DNA of 64,000 nucleotides from Alphaproteobacteria bacterium (GTDB lineage Bacteria > Pseudomonadota > Alphaproteobacteria > UBA828), in the NCBI GenBank assembly GCA_965214705.1, contig OZ243972.1, positions 1,952,001 to 2,016,000 of the forward strand, read 5' to 3'. Below are positions 25,802 to 34,605 of the stretch, one piece after another. The translations under genes and the position numbers were made by a program. Position 1 is the stretch's first letter; each line of letters opens with the position of its first letter. The notes beneath the pieces are model-generated. The model was given only the letters and a program-made list of their open reading frames with translations. It made no database searches and had not been told where the DNA came from.

Positions 25802-26488
25802 ATGCAAAGCGACCCGCTACGACAAAAAATCAGGGATCTGCTATGGCAGCGCGGCCTCACCATGAAGGAGGCCTCCGCCGCCATCGGCCGCAGCCCGAGC
25901 TACCTGAACCAGTTCATCGCCCGCGGCACGCCCAAGGCGCTCGGCTATGCCGACGCCCAGAGCCTCGCGAAGCTGCTCGGCTGCGAGGCGTCCGAGCTGC
26001 GCCATCCCGAGCCGCCCAGGCGCAGGCCGCAGAAGCGCCGCCGGCGCACCGCGCCCCCTGCCGGCGCGCCGCTCGTCGCCATCCCCGAGGTGGCGGTCGA
26101 GGCCGCCGCCGGGCCGGGCGCGCTCAACGAGGAGTTCGTCGACGAGAAGGCGCGCTGGTACCTGCCCGAGGGCATGATCCGCCACGAGGGCGACGCCGAC
26201 CCCGGCACCCTGCGCGTGCTCCGCGCCCGCGGCGACTCCATGGAGCCGCTGGTCTCCGACGGCGACCGGCTGCTGGTCGACCTCGCCCGGCGCACCCCCG
26301 GCACCGGAGAGATGGCGGTGCTCTGGGACGGCTCGGGGCTGGTGGTCAAGCGGGTCGAGGTGATGCCCCATGCCGAGCCGCCGAGGCTCCGCCTCCACTC
26401 CGCCAACCCCGACTACGAGCCCTACAGCTGCCTCGCCGAGGAAGCCCACATCGTCGGCAAGGTCGTCTGGACCGTGAGGAAATGCTGA
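25802..26488 (+). CDS. CI/LexA-like repressor (HTH + S24 autopeptidase), start MQSDPL
   Basis: HTH LTMKEASAAIGRSPSYLNQFI, Ala-Gly site EAAAGPG, GDSMEP (Ser), VVKRV (Lys), IVGKVVW. Confidence 0.93.
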   Translation: MQSDPLRQKIRDLLWQRGLTMKEASAAIGRSPSYLNQFIARGTPKALGYADAQSLAKLLGCEASELRHPEPPRRRPQKRRRRTAPPAGAPLVAIPEVAVEAAAGPGALNEEFVDEKARWYLPEGMIRHEGDADPGTLRVLRARGDSMEPLVSDGDRLLVDLARRTPGTGEMAVLWDGSGLVVKRVEVMPHAEPPRLRLHSANPDYEPYSCLAEEAHIVGKVVWTVRKC

Positions 26489-26586
26489 CGGGTGCGGCGC
26501 ACGGCGCCGGCGGCGGGTTCGGCCGCGACCCGGCGGGCGCGCCCGCGGCTGAGCCGGGAAAATGCACGACGGAGCGCGGTCCGGCG

Positions 26587-26721
26587 CGCGACAATCTTCG
26601 GCATCGGCCCCGGCAGCACCGTATCTCGCTCGCCGCCGCCTCCCTCGCCATCGGCAGGAACAAGGCTTGGCTCCAGCAGTATCTCGCGCGCGGCATCCCC
26701 CGCGTCCTCTCCCGGAGGGAA
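26587..26721 (+). pseudogene. Remnant of a second, paralogous repressor HTH
   Basis: ISLAAASLAIGRNKAWLQQYLARGIPRVL aligns with the cI HTH. No proper start; similarity ends abruptly at about 26720. Confidence 0.7.
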
Positions 26722-27018
26722 TGGCCATTCACACCGGTGCGGCGTTCCTCTCGGCCGACCTTCGAAGGTCCCTGCCAAACGAGTATCGTTCCGAAGCCGC
26801 GGACCCGCACGATGGCGTCGTCGCCGCAATTGGCGCGCACCGTATTTGGTGCCCCGTCATCCTCTCCTCGTTTGGTGATCGTGCCGCTCGACATGACGCA
26901 ACGTGCGCACCGATCCGCAGGAAAAGCTGGCCTCGGTGGCGACGGGCGGCCGAAAGTCGCAGTCTTGGCAAAGCGATCACGCCGATTCTCGCATGCCTCC
27001 AGAAGGCCGCGTTCGATG

Positions 27019-28680
27019 TCAAGAACGCACAAGAGATTGGTGACGTCTCTCCGAGTTGCCTCCGGCCGGTAGAATCATCTGATTCAGGTCTAGGGATTCC
27101 GCCAGAACCTGAATACCCGTCGGTGCTTTGCCGGTTTCAAAGACCTTTTCCCAGAAGTCCAGATTCTGCTTTGGCCCGAACACCGTCGTACTCAAGTTCC
27201 TGTCGCACCAGCAGGGAAGATTCGCCAGGCTCACGAGGAAATTCCGCATGTGATCCCAGAGCGCATCGGGTAGCGGTCGATGCAGCAACCGGTCCTTGTC
27301 ATACATTTGAGCCGTAAAGGCGAAGTAATGTTCAATGACAAGCCGAAGCCAGCGCATCACATTTGCCAAGACTTCCTCCCGCGCCACACGCCATGCTCGC
27401 AAATGATCGTCCTGGATCGCGTCGCCCGCCTGTATCCGGGTTTCGATTCTGCGGCCCCCGGTTTCCGGGTCCCATTTTCCAATGAAGAAAACTTCGGCGA
27501 AGAGACTCATGATGCGGACGAGTTGTTCACGCTCGAGCTGACGCGGATTAGTGCCCTGCTCAAACTCCTGATCGATCGGCGTGCCAAGCGCCTTCTTGTA
27601 TAGGAACTCTTTGAAGAAGGACCGCTCGATGGCGTTGTAGGAGAGCGGTCGATCCGCACCCTTTCCGGCCCACTCGACAAATTCTAACAGGCTATTTGCG
27701 GACGCATGCATAACCGCGTCGCGCTGTGCATCAACGATGTATCGCTCCATCTCGCGGCGCTCACCACGGAAAAATCGCACAAGATCTTGCTCTGAGAACG
27801 AGTAGTCATCGTCAGAGAGACCTCGCAGATTTCGATATTGGTTGAGGCGTTCAGCGTAGAGGGTGCTTCCCAAATGCCGCATCACGGCCGTGTCGAACGC
27901 GACTTGGCGCAGTTTGCCGCCAGCGTTGGTGTTGGCCTGGAGCAGAACGTTCGTGTCAGGATCGACGAAAATCCGTACGGGCAACTCGCGCACGCCCAAG
28001 AGAATTTGTGCTGCTGCCTTGTGCTGCCCATCGAACACCCTGATCTCGCCCGCCCCATCGCCCGACGCTTTCCACCAAGCGAGTGCTATGTGGAGCTGAG
28101 GGCGGGAATCCTTGAATTCTTCGATCAGACCGCGAATGTTCGAGCCGATGCTTCGCGGGTTGATGCGATCGTCGTGGTGCAAGTATTCGAGAGGAAGCGA
28201 TGTGAAGAAGGATCGCATGCCACTCAGCTTGTCGTGAAGGAGCGGAACACAGCGGATTTCGTTCCGGTCAACATCTGGAAGGCTGAATTCAGCATTCTCA
28301 TCCTGGCATCGGATTCGCAACCGTGCCTTGGCTCCTCCGTGACGTTCCAGGATGTCGCCGAGATTCGCGCCGCGCTTCCCGGCTTGACGCGCCTGTTCCT
28401 GGAGCCGCTCAAACTCAGCTAGGCGACGAGCCACTTCTAGGTTCGAGGCTCCTTTTTTCCGATTGCATGAAGAATGGGTCAGCGCGAAGTTGTTCTCTGC
28501 ATCCAAACCGTCCTTCACCAGCGGATCGATATGGTCGATGTCGAGTTGTCCCTTGTGCAGTATCAAATCGATCGCCTCGTTGCATATGAAGCACAGCATG
28601 GTCTGTCGGTTATGCAGCCGCTGCTCGAGCTGTTGACGTTGCTCATCGGTCAGCGATGACAAGTATTGAGAGCGTGGCAT
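27019..28680 (-). CDS. HNH endonuclease fused to a DGQH(K) ParB/Srx-like domain; candidate defence protein (start MPRSQY, 553 aa)
   Basis: CFIC...DIDHIDP...NFALTHSSCNRKKG at the N-terminus; central VFDGQHKAAAQILLG...LPVRI; visibly lower GC than the flanks. Confidence 0.8.
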   Translation of the reverse strand: MPRSQYLSSLTDEQRQQLEQRLHNRQTMLCFICNEAIDLILHKGQLDIDHIDPLVKDGLDAENNFALTHSSCNRKKGASNLEVARRLAEFERLQEQARQAGKRGANLGDILERHGGAKARLRIRCQDENAEFSLPDVDRNEIRCVPLLHDKLSGMRSFFTSLPLEYLHHDDRINPRSIGSNIRGLIEEFKDSRPQLHIALAWWKASGDGAGEIRVFDGQHKAAAQILLGVRELPVRIFVDPDTNVLLQANTNAGGKLRQVAFDTAVMRHLGSTLYAERLNQYRNLRGLSDDDYSFSEQDLVRFFRGERREMERYIVDAQRDAVMHASANSLLEFVEWAGKGADRPLSYNAIERSFFKEFLYKKALGTPIDQEFEQGTNPRQLEREQLVRIMSLFAEVFFIGKWDPETGGRRIETRIQAGDAIQDDHLRAWRVAREEVLANVMRWLRLVIEHYFAFTAQMYDKDRLLHRPLPDALWDHMRNFLVSLANLPCWCDRNLSTTVFGPKQNLDFWEKVFETGKAPTGIQVLAESLDLNQMILPAGGNSERRHQSLVRS

Positions 28681-28764
28681 CCTCGATGTCCTCTTGGGAG
28701 GTTTCGAAACTCGGGTTGAAGTGGCTGCGGACGATGGGCCTGCCATATCTGCCCAACTGCGGAC

Positions 28765-29937
28765 CTATAATACATCCGCGGCGATGCCGTCCGCGATCCG
28801 GGCCGCCGCCTCGTGCACCGACTCGCGCGCGAGATGCGCATAGCGCGCCGTCGTCTCGACCTGACTGTGGCCGAGCAGCTTGCCGATCATCGGCAGGGAC
28901 TCCCCCAGCGCGAGAGCCCGAGAAGCGTAGCTGTGACGAAGGTCATGAAGCCGCACGCCGCCGAGCCCGGCGCGCGCCCGGAGCGTCTGCCAGGCGCCGT
29001 CGATATCGCGCATGTGCGTGCCCGGCTTGTGTCCCGGAATGACCCAGGGATTGCCGGGCTTGCGGGGCAGCGCCGCCAGCAGCCGCGCCGCCGACGGCGG
29101 GAGCGGCACCGCGCGCGGGCCAGTCTTCGCATCCGCCAACGCCAGCTCGCCCGCGTCGAGGTCCACGTCCCGCCAGCGCAGGCTGAGGATCTCGTTCTTG
29201 CGGCACCCGGTCAGCATCAGCAGCCGGATCGCCGTCACCGCGCCCGCCGACGCGCCGCCCCGCGCCTCCGCCTCGTCCAGCACCCCGCCCAGCTTCTCGA
29301 ACTCCGCGTCGGTCAGGAACCGCTCGCGGCGCTTCGACGGATACCTCGCCACCGACCCGCACGGGTTGACCCCGTCCGCCACCATGCCCCAGCCCTCGGC
29401 CAGACGGTACATGTGCGACAATGTGGCCACCGTCATGTTCGCCATCGCGGGTCGGTCGCTGAGACCGTGATGCAGCTCCAACACGTCGCGGGGCTCGACC
29501 GCCGCCAGCGACAGACCGCCGAGCCTGGGCACGATGTGCCGTTGTACAATGCTGCGTGTCGTCCTCGCGGTCTTCGGCTTGCAGCGCACCGCCACATGCT
29601 CCTCGAGATAGCGCGCCGCGAGATCGGCCACCGTCGGCCCCTGCGACAGCTTCGCCGCCAGCGGCTCGGGCACCGGGTCCTCGCCCGCCTTGACCCGCGC
29701 GATGATGAGCGCCGCGCGCCGCTTCGCCTCCTCGGCGTTGAGCACCCCGTGACGCCCCACCGTGACGCGCCTCGGCCCCTTGGGCCCCCGCGCCTGGACG
29801 ACATAGACCCTGCCGCCGCCGGGATAGGCCCGTACCCCGAAGCCCTTCAGCTCGCGGTCCCAGAACACCGTGTCCCACTCGACCTCCAGCGCCGCGACCA
29901 TGCGGTTGGAGATCGTCCGCCTACGCGTCCCCTTCAT
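28765..29937 (-). CDS. Tyrosine integrase with arm-binding (DUF4102-like) N-terminus, 390 aa
   Basis: FWDRELKGFGVR; catalytic GCRKNEI, AKTG, HDLRH, LLGH, TARY. Confidence 0.93.
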   Translation of the reverse strand: MKGTRRRTISNRMVAALEVEWDTVFWDRELKGFGVRAYPGGGRVYVVQARGPKGPRRVTVGRHGVLNAEEAKRRAALIIARVKAGEDPVPEPLAAKLSQGPTVADLAARYLEEHVAVRCKPKTARTTRSIVQRHIVPRLGGLSLAAVEPRDVLELHHGLSDRPAMANMTVATLSHMYRLAEGWGMVADGVNPCGSVARYPSKRRERFLTDAEFEKLGGVLDEAEARGGASAGAVTAIRLLMLTGCRKNEILSLRWRDVDLDAGELALADAKTGPRAVPLPPSAARLLAALPRKPGNPWVIPGHKPGTHMRDIDGAWQTLRARAGLGGVRLHDLRHSYASRALALGESLPMIGKLLGHSQVETTARYAHLARESVHEAAARIADGIAADVL

Positions 29938-31115
29938 GCCGCGCTCCGCTCCGGCGCCACATGGACGCCTATGCTGTCGCCCACCCGGCCCGCCGCCGCC
30001 CTCTCCGCGTCGCGCACCAGATGCGCATAGCGCGCCGTCGTCGCCACCCGGGAATGGCCCAGCAGCCGCCCGATCATGCTCAGGCTCTCCCCCAGCGCCA
30101 GCGCCCGGCTCGCGTAGCTGTGACGGGCGTCGTGAAGGCGCACGTCCTTGAGACCGGCTCGCTCCGCGACGCACTTCCAATAGTAGTCGAGGGTGGCTAG
30201 GTGGGAGTCCGGCTTGCGGCCGGGCACGACCCACGGACTGCCGTCCGTTCGGTCGATGCCGTCGAGCACCTTCAGCAGCGGCGGGGTCAGCGGCACCATG
30301 CGAGGCCCCGACTTCGCGTCCCTCAACCGCAGCTCGTTCGCCACCCGGTCGATGTCGTCCCACTTGAGCGTCAGGATCTCGCTCTTGCGGCAGCCGCTCA
30401 GGATCAGGAGCCGGATCGCCGCCACCGCCTGCGGCCACGGCGCCGATTTCGACGCCGCCTCGCGAAGCGTCACGCCCAGCCGGCGGTATTCCTCCGGCGT
30501 CAGGAAACGCTCGCGCGTGTGCTCGCGGTAGTAGTACAGCAACCGGCACGGGTTGGACCCGCGCGGCACCAGCTCCCAGCTCTCCGCCAGCTTGTACATC
30601 TTCGACAGGACCGCCGCGGCGGTGTTGGCCATGTAGGGGGTGTCGCGCAGCCGGTGGTGCAGCTCGGCCGCGTCTTCCCGCCCCACCTCCCCGAGCGCCT
30701 TGCCGCCCAGCGCCGGCAGGATGTGCAGGTCCAGCGCCGTCCGGTAGAGTCCCGCCGTCTTCGGCTTGCAGTGCATCGCCACATGCTTCTCCATGTAGCG
30801 CTCCGCCAGCCCGGCCACCGTGAGTGCCGGCGCCGGAGGCGCCGGGAAGGGATCCTCGCCCCGCTTGATCCGGTCGATCGCCGCCGCCGCCCGCGTTCTC
30901 GCCTCCTCGACGGTGATATCGCCATGCTTGCCAACCCTGGCGCGCTTCAGCCCGCCCGGCCCCCTGGATTGCACCACGTAGACCTTGCGTCCGGTGGCGT
31001 GCACGCGTACGCCGAAACCGGCAAGATCGCGGTCCCAGAAGGTTGCGTCGCCGCGATCGACGCGGAGCGCATCGACGGTGCGCTTGGCGATCTTGAGGGT
31101 ACTTCGCTTGGGCAT
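29934..31115 (-). CDS. Tyrosine integrase with arm-binding N-terminus, 393 aa
   Basis: FWDRDLAGFGVR; GCRKSEI, AKSG, HDARH, LLGH, TARY. Stop overlaps the next ATG (ATGA). Confidence 0.93.
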   Translation of the reverse strand: MPKRSTLKIAKRTVDALRVDRGDATFWDRDLAGFGVRVHATGRKVYVVQSRGPGGLKRARVGKHGDITVEEARTRAAAAIDRIKRGEDPFPAPPAPALTVAGLAERYMEKHVAMHCKPKTAGLYRTALDLHILPALGGKALGEVGREDAAELHHRLRDTPYMANTAAAVLSKMYKLAESWELVPRGSNPCRLLYYYREHTRERFLTPEEYRRLGVTLREAASKSAPWPQAVAAIRLLILSGCRKSEILTLKWDDIDRVANELRLRDAKSGPRMVPLTPPLLKVLDGIDRTDGSPWVVPGRKPDSHLATLDYYWKCVAERAGLKDVRLHDARHSYASRALALGESLSMIGRLLGHSRVATTARYAHLVRDAERAAAGRVGDSIGVHVAPERSAA

Positions 31116-31244
31116 TGGCTTCATCCCGTGATCAAACCGCACATGTGCGGCATCGAACCGAGGCGTATTCAAGCGTATTCTCCGCGCAGGTGCAAGAGGG
31201 TCGTGTCGCTAAAGAATCAAGAATAAGGTAGTTTATATAATGCT

Positions 31245-32078
31245 TTATGTCTCGACAGCGTAGCAGACCGTATGACCAGCGTAGCTGTCGAAAAGTGCCC
31301 CTGTCTTTCTGTCCGTCAGATAGAGCCGCCCCTCCCGGTAGGAGCGCCATTGGAGGGTCAGGATCTCTGACTTGCGGCAGCCGGTGAGCAGCAGCAGGCG
31401 CACGGCGGCCACGTGCAGGGGGCGGCTGGCCTCGTGCCGGCCCAGCACGCAGGCGAGGCGGCGATACTCCTCGGGGGTCAGGAAGCGCTCGGACCGCCCC
31501 TGCCGGTAGCGGCGGATGCCGGCACAGGGGTTGCTGTTCTCCGGGCGGTATCCCCACGCCTCGGCCTGCTGCATGATGACCGAGAGGATCGGCGCCGAGC
31601 GGTTCGCGGCGGCGGGCGTCGCGTGCAGCCCGCGGAACCAGGCCCGCACGTCCTCCCTGGTTATCTCTCCGATGGGCCTGCCCGCGAAGAAGGGCAGGAT
31701 CTGCCGATGGAGGTAGTCGCGGTTCACTTGCATGGTGCGCGGCTTCCAGCGGCGCCCGTAGCGGCCGAAGACCTCCTCGGCGATTGTCTCGAAGAGGGTG
31801 CCGCCGGGGTCCGCCGCATCTGGCTCCCGACCGTCGCGCAACGCGGCGAGCATGGACCTGGCCCTGGCCCGCGCCTTGGGCTCGGTGATCGCCGTCGCGT
31901 CGCCTATGATTTTCCAGACCCGTTTGCCCCTGTGCTGGCTGTGGATGAAGTAGCGTCTGGCGCCGGAGGGCATGATCCGGACGCCGTACCCCTTCAGCTC
32001 GGCGTCTCGGACATCGCGCACCTTGCGGCGGGGCCGAAGGGCATCGACGCGGCGCTGGGTGAGGCGGATGGTTGGCAT
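31245..32078 (-). pseudogene. Third tyrosine integrase, C-terminally truncated
   Basis: MPTIRLTQRRVDAL, DAELKGYGVR, GCRKSEI, then ends just after DRKTG; no HxxR, His or Tyr. Confidence 0.85.
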
Positions 32079-32169
32079 GATCGCGCGTCTCCGATCTGTT
32101 GCAGCGGGGTGCGGAATGGGCTTGCATTCCGCGCCCGGTGGCACTAGAAACGGATGACTATCGCAATCG

Positions 32170-32182
32170 AATCAGTCACTTA
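32170..32182 (+). promoter_or_regulatory. Candidate IHF-binding site upstream of the integrase cluster
   Basis: AATCAGTCACTTA fits WATCARNNNNTTR. Confidence 0.35.
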
Positions 32183-32254
32183 GCACCGAAGGTGCGTGAG
32201 CACGTGTGACACAATGGGACATCACGTCGGTGGCGCCTTTAACTCCCCCCAAGC

Positions 32255-32560
32255 GGCGCCAGCCGCTTCGCGGCCGAGGACGGGAGCGCAGACCGCGAGC
32301 GCGCCGGAGCGGAGGGCCGGGAAGTGGTGCGGCCCGCAGCGAAGCGAGGACACGGTTCCCGGCCTGGAGCGGACAGCGCGTTGCCGAAGGCCGAGCGGTC
32401 GAGCACCCGCCCGCAAGGCCGCGACCGCCGGAGGCGGTGGCAAGCGCAGCGCGCAAGGAGCGCAGCGACTGGAGGCGCGAGGGATAGGAGCGGTTATCGG
32501 AGCGAGCGCCAGCGAGTGGAGATTCGAGCGGATAGCCCGGTCGCGAAGCGACGCGCCCAG
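32255..32560. other. Non-coding tract dense in mini-hairpins (candidate ssDNA origin, ssDNA promoter or oriT region)
   Basis: Clustered GCGAAGC, GCGCAGC, GCCGAAGGC and CCGCCGGAGGCGG motifs; no convincing ORF. Confidence 0.45.
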
Positions 32561-32611
32561 AGTCCCCCACCGCACTCGATGGGCTGCCGATCGGAACTCT
32601 GGCATGGCCAC

Positions 32612-32839
32612 TCAACCCCATAGCGGATGCGAGAGGACCAGGCGCTCGGTCACCTCCCGGATCCGGTTGCGGTCATGGACGCGGCAGGGACCGCGCGGGT
32701 CTTCGTCGAGATGCACCACGAAATACCGCGCGCCCTCGCGCAGCGGATCGTCGAGCGCGTAGACGTCGCCGACAGGGTCGCCGTCCTGGTAGATGCGGGA
32801 TTCGTCCGGAGCGATGCGTCGGAAGGCGATGGCGCTCAT
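32612..32839 (-). CDS. Hypothetical protein (75 aa, MSAIAFRR)
   Basis: ATGA overlap with the upstream gene; globular composition. Confidence 0.7.
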   Translation of the reverse strand: MSAIAFRRIAPDESRIYQDGDPVGDVYALDDPLREGARYFVVHLDEDPRGPCRVHDRNRIREVTERLVLSHPLWG

Positions 32840-33180
32840 GACGCGCCCCCGTCGACCCGCTCCGCCAGTTGCTGCGAGGCCCAGGCCGCCGCCCGCGCGA
32901 GCACATCCCCATGACAGGGGAGCGGTTCGCACCAGCAGGCGAGCCAGCAACCGTCGAGCTCGGCGAGCTCCTCCAACGCGATGTCGCCCGCCTGGATGTG
33001 GCGCCACAGGTGCGCGCGGTAGCGGGCGATCACCTCATCCCTCGAACCGTCCTCGCCGATTCTGAACGGATTGCCCCACTTCGTGCGGCGGTCGACCAGC
33101 ACTGTGTTGTTCACGACATGCGCATATTGAAACTCGTCGCGCAGCTCCGGCGCGTGCTTCAGGTTGATGACGGCTCTCAT
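32836..33180 (-). CDS. DUF4326-family protein (114 aa)
   Basis: VDRRTKWGNPF...LACWCEPLPCHGDVL signature; RBS GGAG. Confidence 0.9.
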   Translation of the reverse strand: MRAVINLKHAPELRDEFQYAHVVNNTVLVDRRTKWGNPFRIGEDGSRDEVIARYRAHLWRHIQAGDIALEELAELDGCWLACWCEPLPCHGDVLARAAAWASQQLAERVDGGAS

Positions 33181-33365
33181 GGACTCCCTCCTCCTTCCGG
33201 GTCGGCTCGCCCGACCCTCCGCTCTTCTCTTCCTCCCCCGATGTCGCGGTCGAGGCAGCGGGGGTTGTCGCACCAGGGCTCCATGCCGAGCGCATCGGCG
33301 GTTTCGCAGTCGTGGCAGTAGTCGTCGCCGGGACCGGGAACCGGGGCGGGTTCGGGTACGTGCAT
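33177..33365 (-). CDS. Small Cys-rich hypothetical protein (62 aa)
   Basis: RBS AAGGAG, CHDC...CDNPRC, ATGA overlap with the DUF4326 gene. Confidence 0.5.
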   Translation of the reverse strand: MHVPEPAPVPGPGDDYCHDCETADALGMEPWCDNPRCLDRDIGGGREERRVGRADPEGGGSP

Positions 33366-33472
33366 CGCGTCGTCTCCTTTGCTGCGCCATTGCCGGGGTC
33401 TCCCGCGACCTCCGGCCTTCCACCCTTCCCCTTCTTTGCCTTGACTCCGGAGACGCGGAAGCGGACGCGCGG

Positions 33473-34274
33473 TTACGCGCGGCCGCGGAACAGCGGCGCG
33501 AAGCGGGCGCGGAGCGCCGCTGAGCCGAGTGCGACCAGATCGTCGTTGAAATCGTTGCCGGCGGGCACGATCACTGTCGCGCCGATGCCGAGCCGCGCGC
33601 AGCGCCGGGCGAGGCGTTCGGCCGCGAGTGCGCCGTCCTCGTCGTTGTCGCGGGCGATCACGAGGTGCGCGAGGTCGAAGGGAGGCGCGAACGCGCCCAG
33701 GCTCCCGGCGGAGAGCGCGGCGGCGGCCGTGATCTCGGGCACGGCGGTGACCAGCGAGAGCACCGTCTCGATGCCCTCGCCGGCGACGAGCGGAGCGAGG
33801 CCGGAAGGGGCGCCGAAGCGCACCGCGAGGCCGTGGATGCGGCCGAGCGCCTTGCGCGGCGCGGCGACGCCCGCCTTGGCGGGTGCGCGCGGATCGAGCC
33901 AGGTGCGCTGCACGCCGGTAATCGCGCCGTCGCCGCCGGTGACGGCGGCGACCAGCGCCGGGAAGCGGCGCACCGACGAGCCTTCGCGATAGCGAAGCTC
34001 GGGATGGAAGCGCAAGGCCGCGAAGCGGCAGCGCGACAGCCCCCGGGCGTGGAGATAACGCTCCGCGTGGCTGCCGTCGATGGCGCGGCAGCGCCGCCAC
34101 AGGCGGCGCGCCGCTTGCGCTCCGTCGTAAGGCGCGTCCGGCGCTGCCGCCGGCGAAGCCGGCAAGGCGAGGAACGAGCGCGCCTCGTCCTGCGCCGCGC
34201 GCAGCGTCGGCGCGTTGATGCGGTAGCGGATGAGGTCGAGCAGGTCGCCGTGCTCGCCCGTGGCCGCATCGGTC
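33473..34274 (-). pseudogene. Toprim-domain primase-like protein, 5'-truncated
   Basis: TDAATGEHGDLLDLI, AERYLHARGL, GVQRTWL, GEGIETVLS, ARDND, DFNDDL. The N-terminus is replaced by foreign sequence at about 34275. Confidence 0.85.
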
Positions 34275-34605
34275 TTATGTGCAGTTGAACATAATGAATT
34301 GGCCTGTATCGGTCGTGCGCAGCAGGACCGATACAGGCATTGAGCTGAGCCGCGCTGCACGGCCGTAGTGCCGGGCTATGGGGAAAGTAACCGCTGGGTG
34401 GGAGCCGATTAGGCCGAAGCGGTGCAACCTGTTGGTGTCGCTGGCGGCGCCGGCACTCTGAATCTCCACTTATCAGGTTGCGACGCGGCTGTGCAGGGGC
34501 TCGCGACGATGTTTCGCCGCCGGGCAGCACGAAGCGGGCGCAGGAGCGGTCGCGGCGCGGCGGCCGGGGGGACTGTTGTCGGACCTTGTCGGTTCTGACG
34601 CATCG

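Larger units (their letters stand above)
1229..34274 (-). mobile_element. Conjugative element region (ICE- or plasmid-like): MOBF relaxase, F-type T4SS, cI/cro switch, integrases, toprim gene
   Basis: Contiguous, mostly overlapping tra genes plus relaxase, T4CP, ssb and integrases. True ends not identified. Confidence 0.8.

Noticed and set aside
28765-32078. Classical RIT element
   Set aside because: All three are mutually similar arm-domain integrases and no flanking RIT-type inverted repeats were found.
34275-34300. dif-like half sites (GTTGAACATAA at 34284; also GTTGCGCATAA at 37041)
   Set aside because: Each resembles one Xer arm, but the partner arm at 6-bp spacing is missing.
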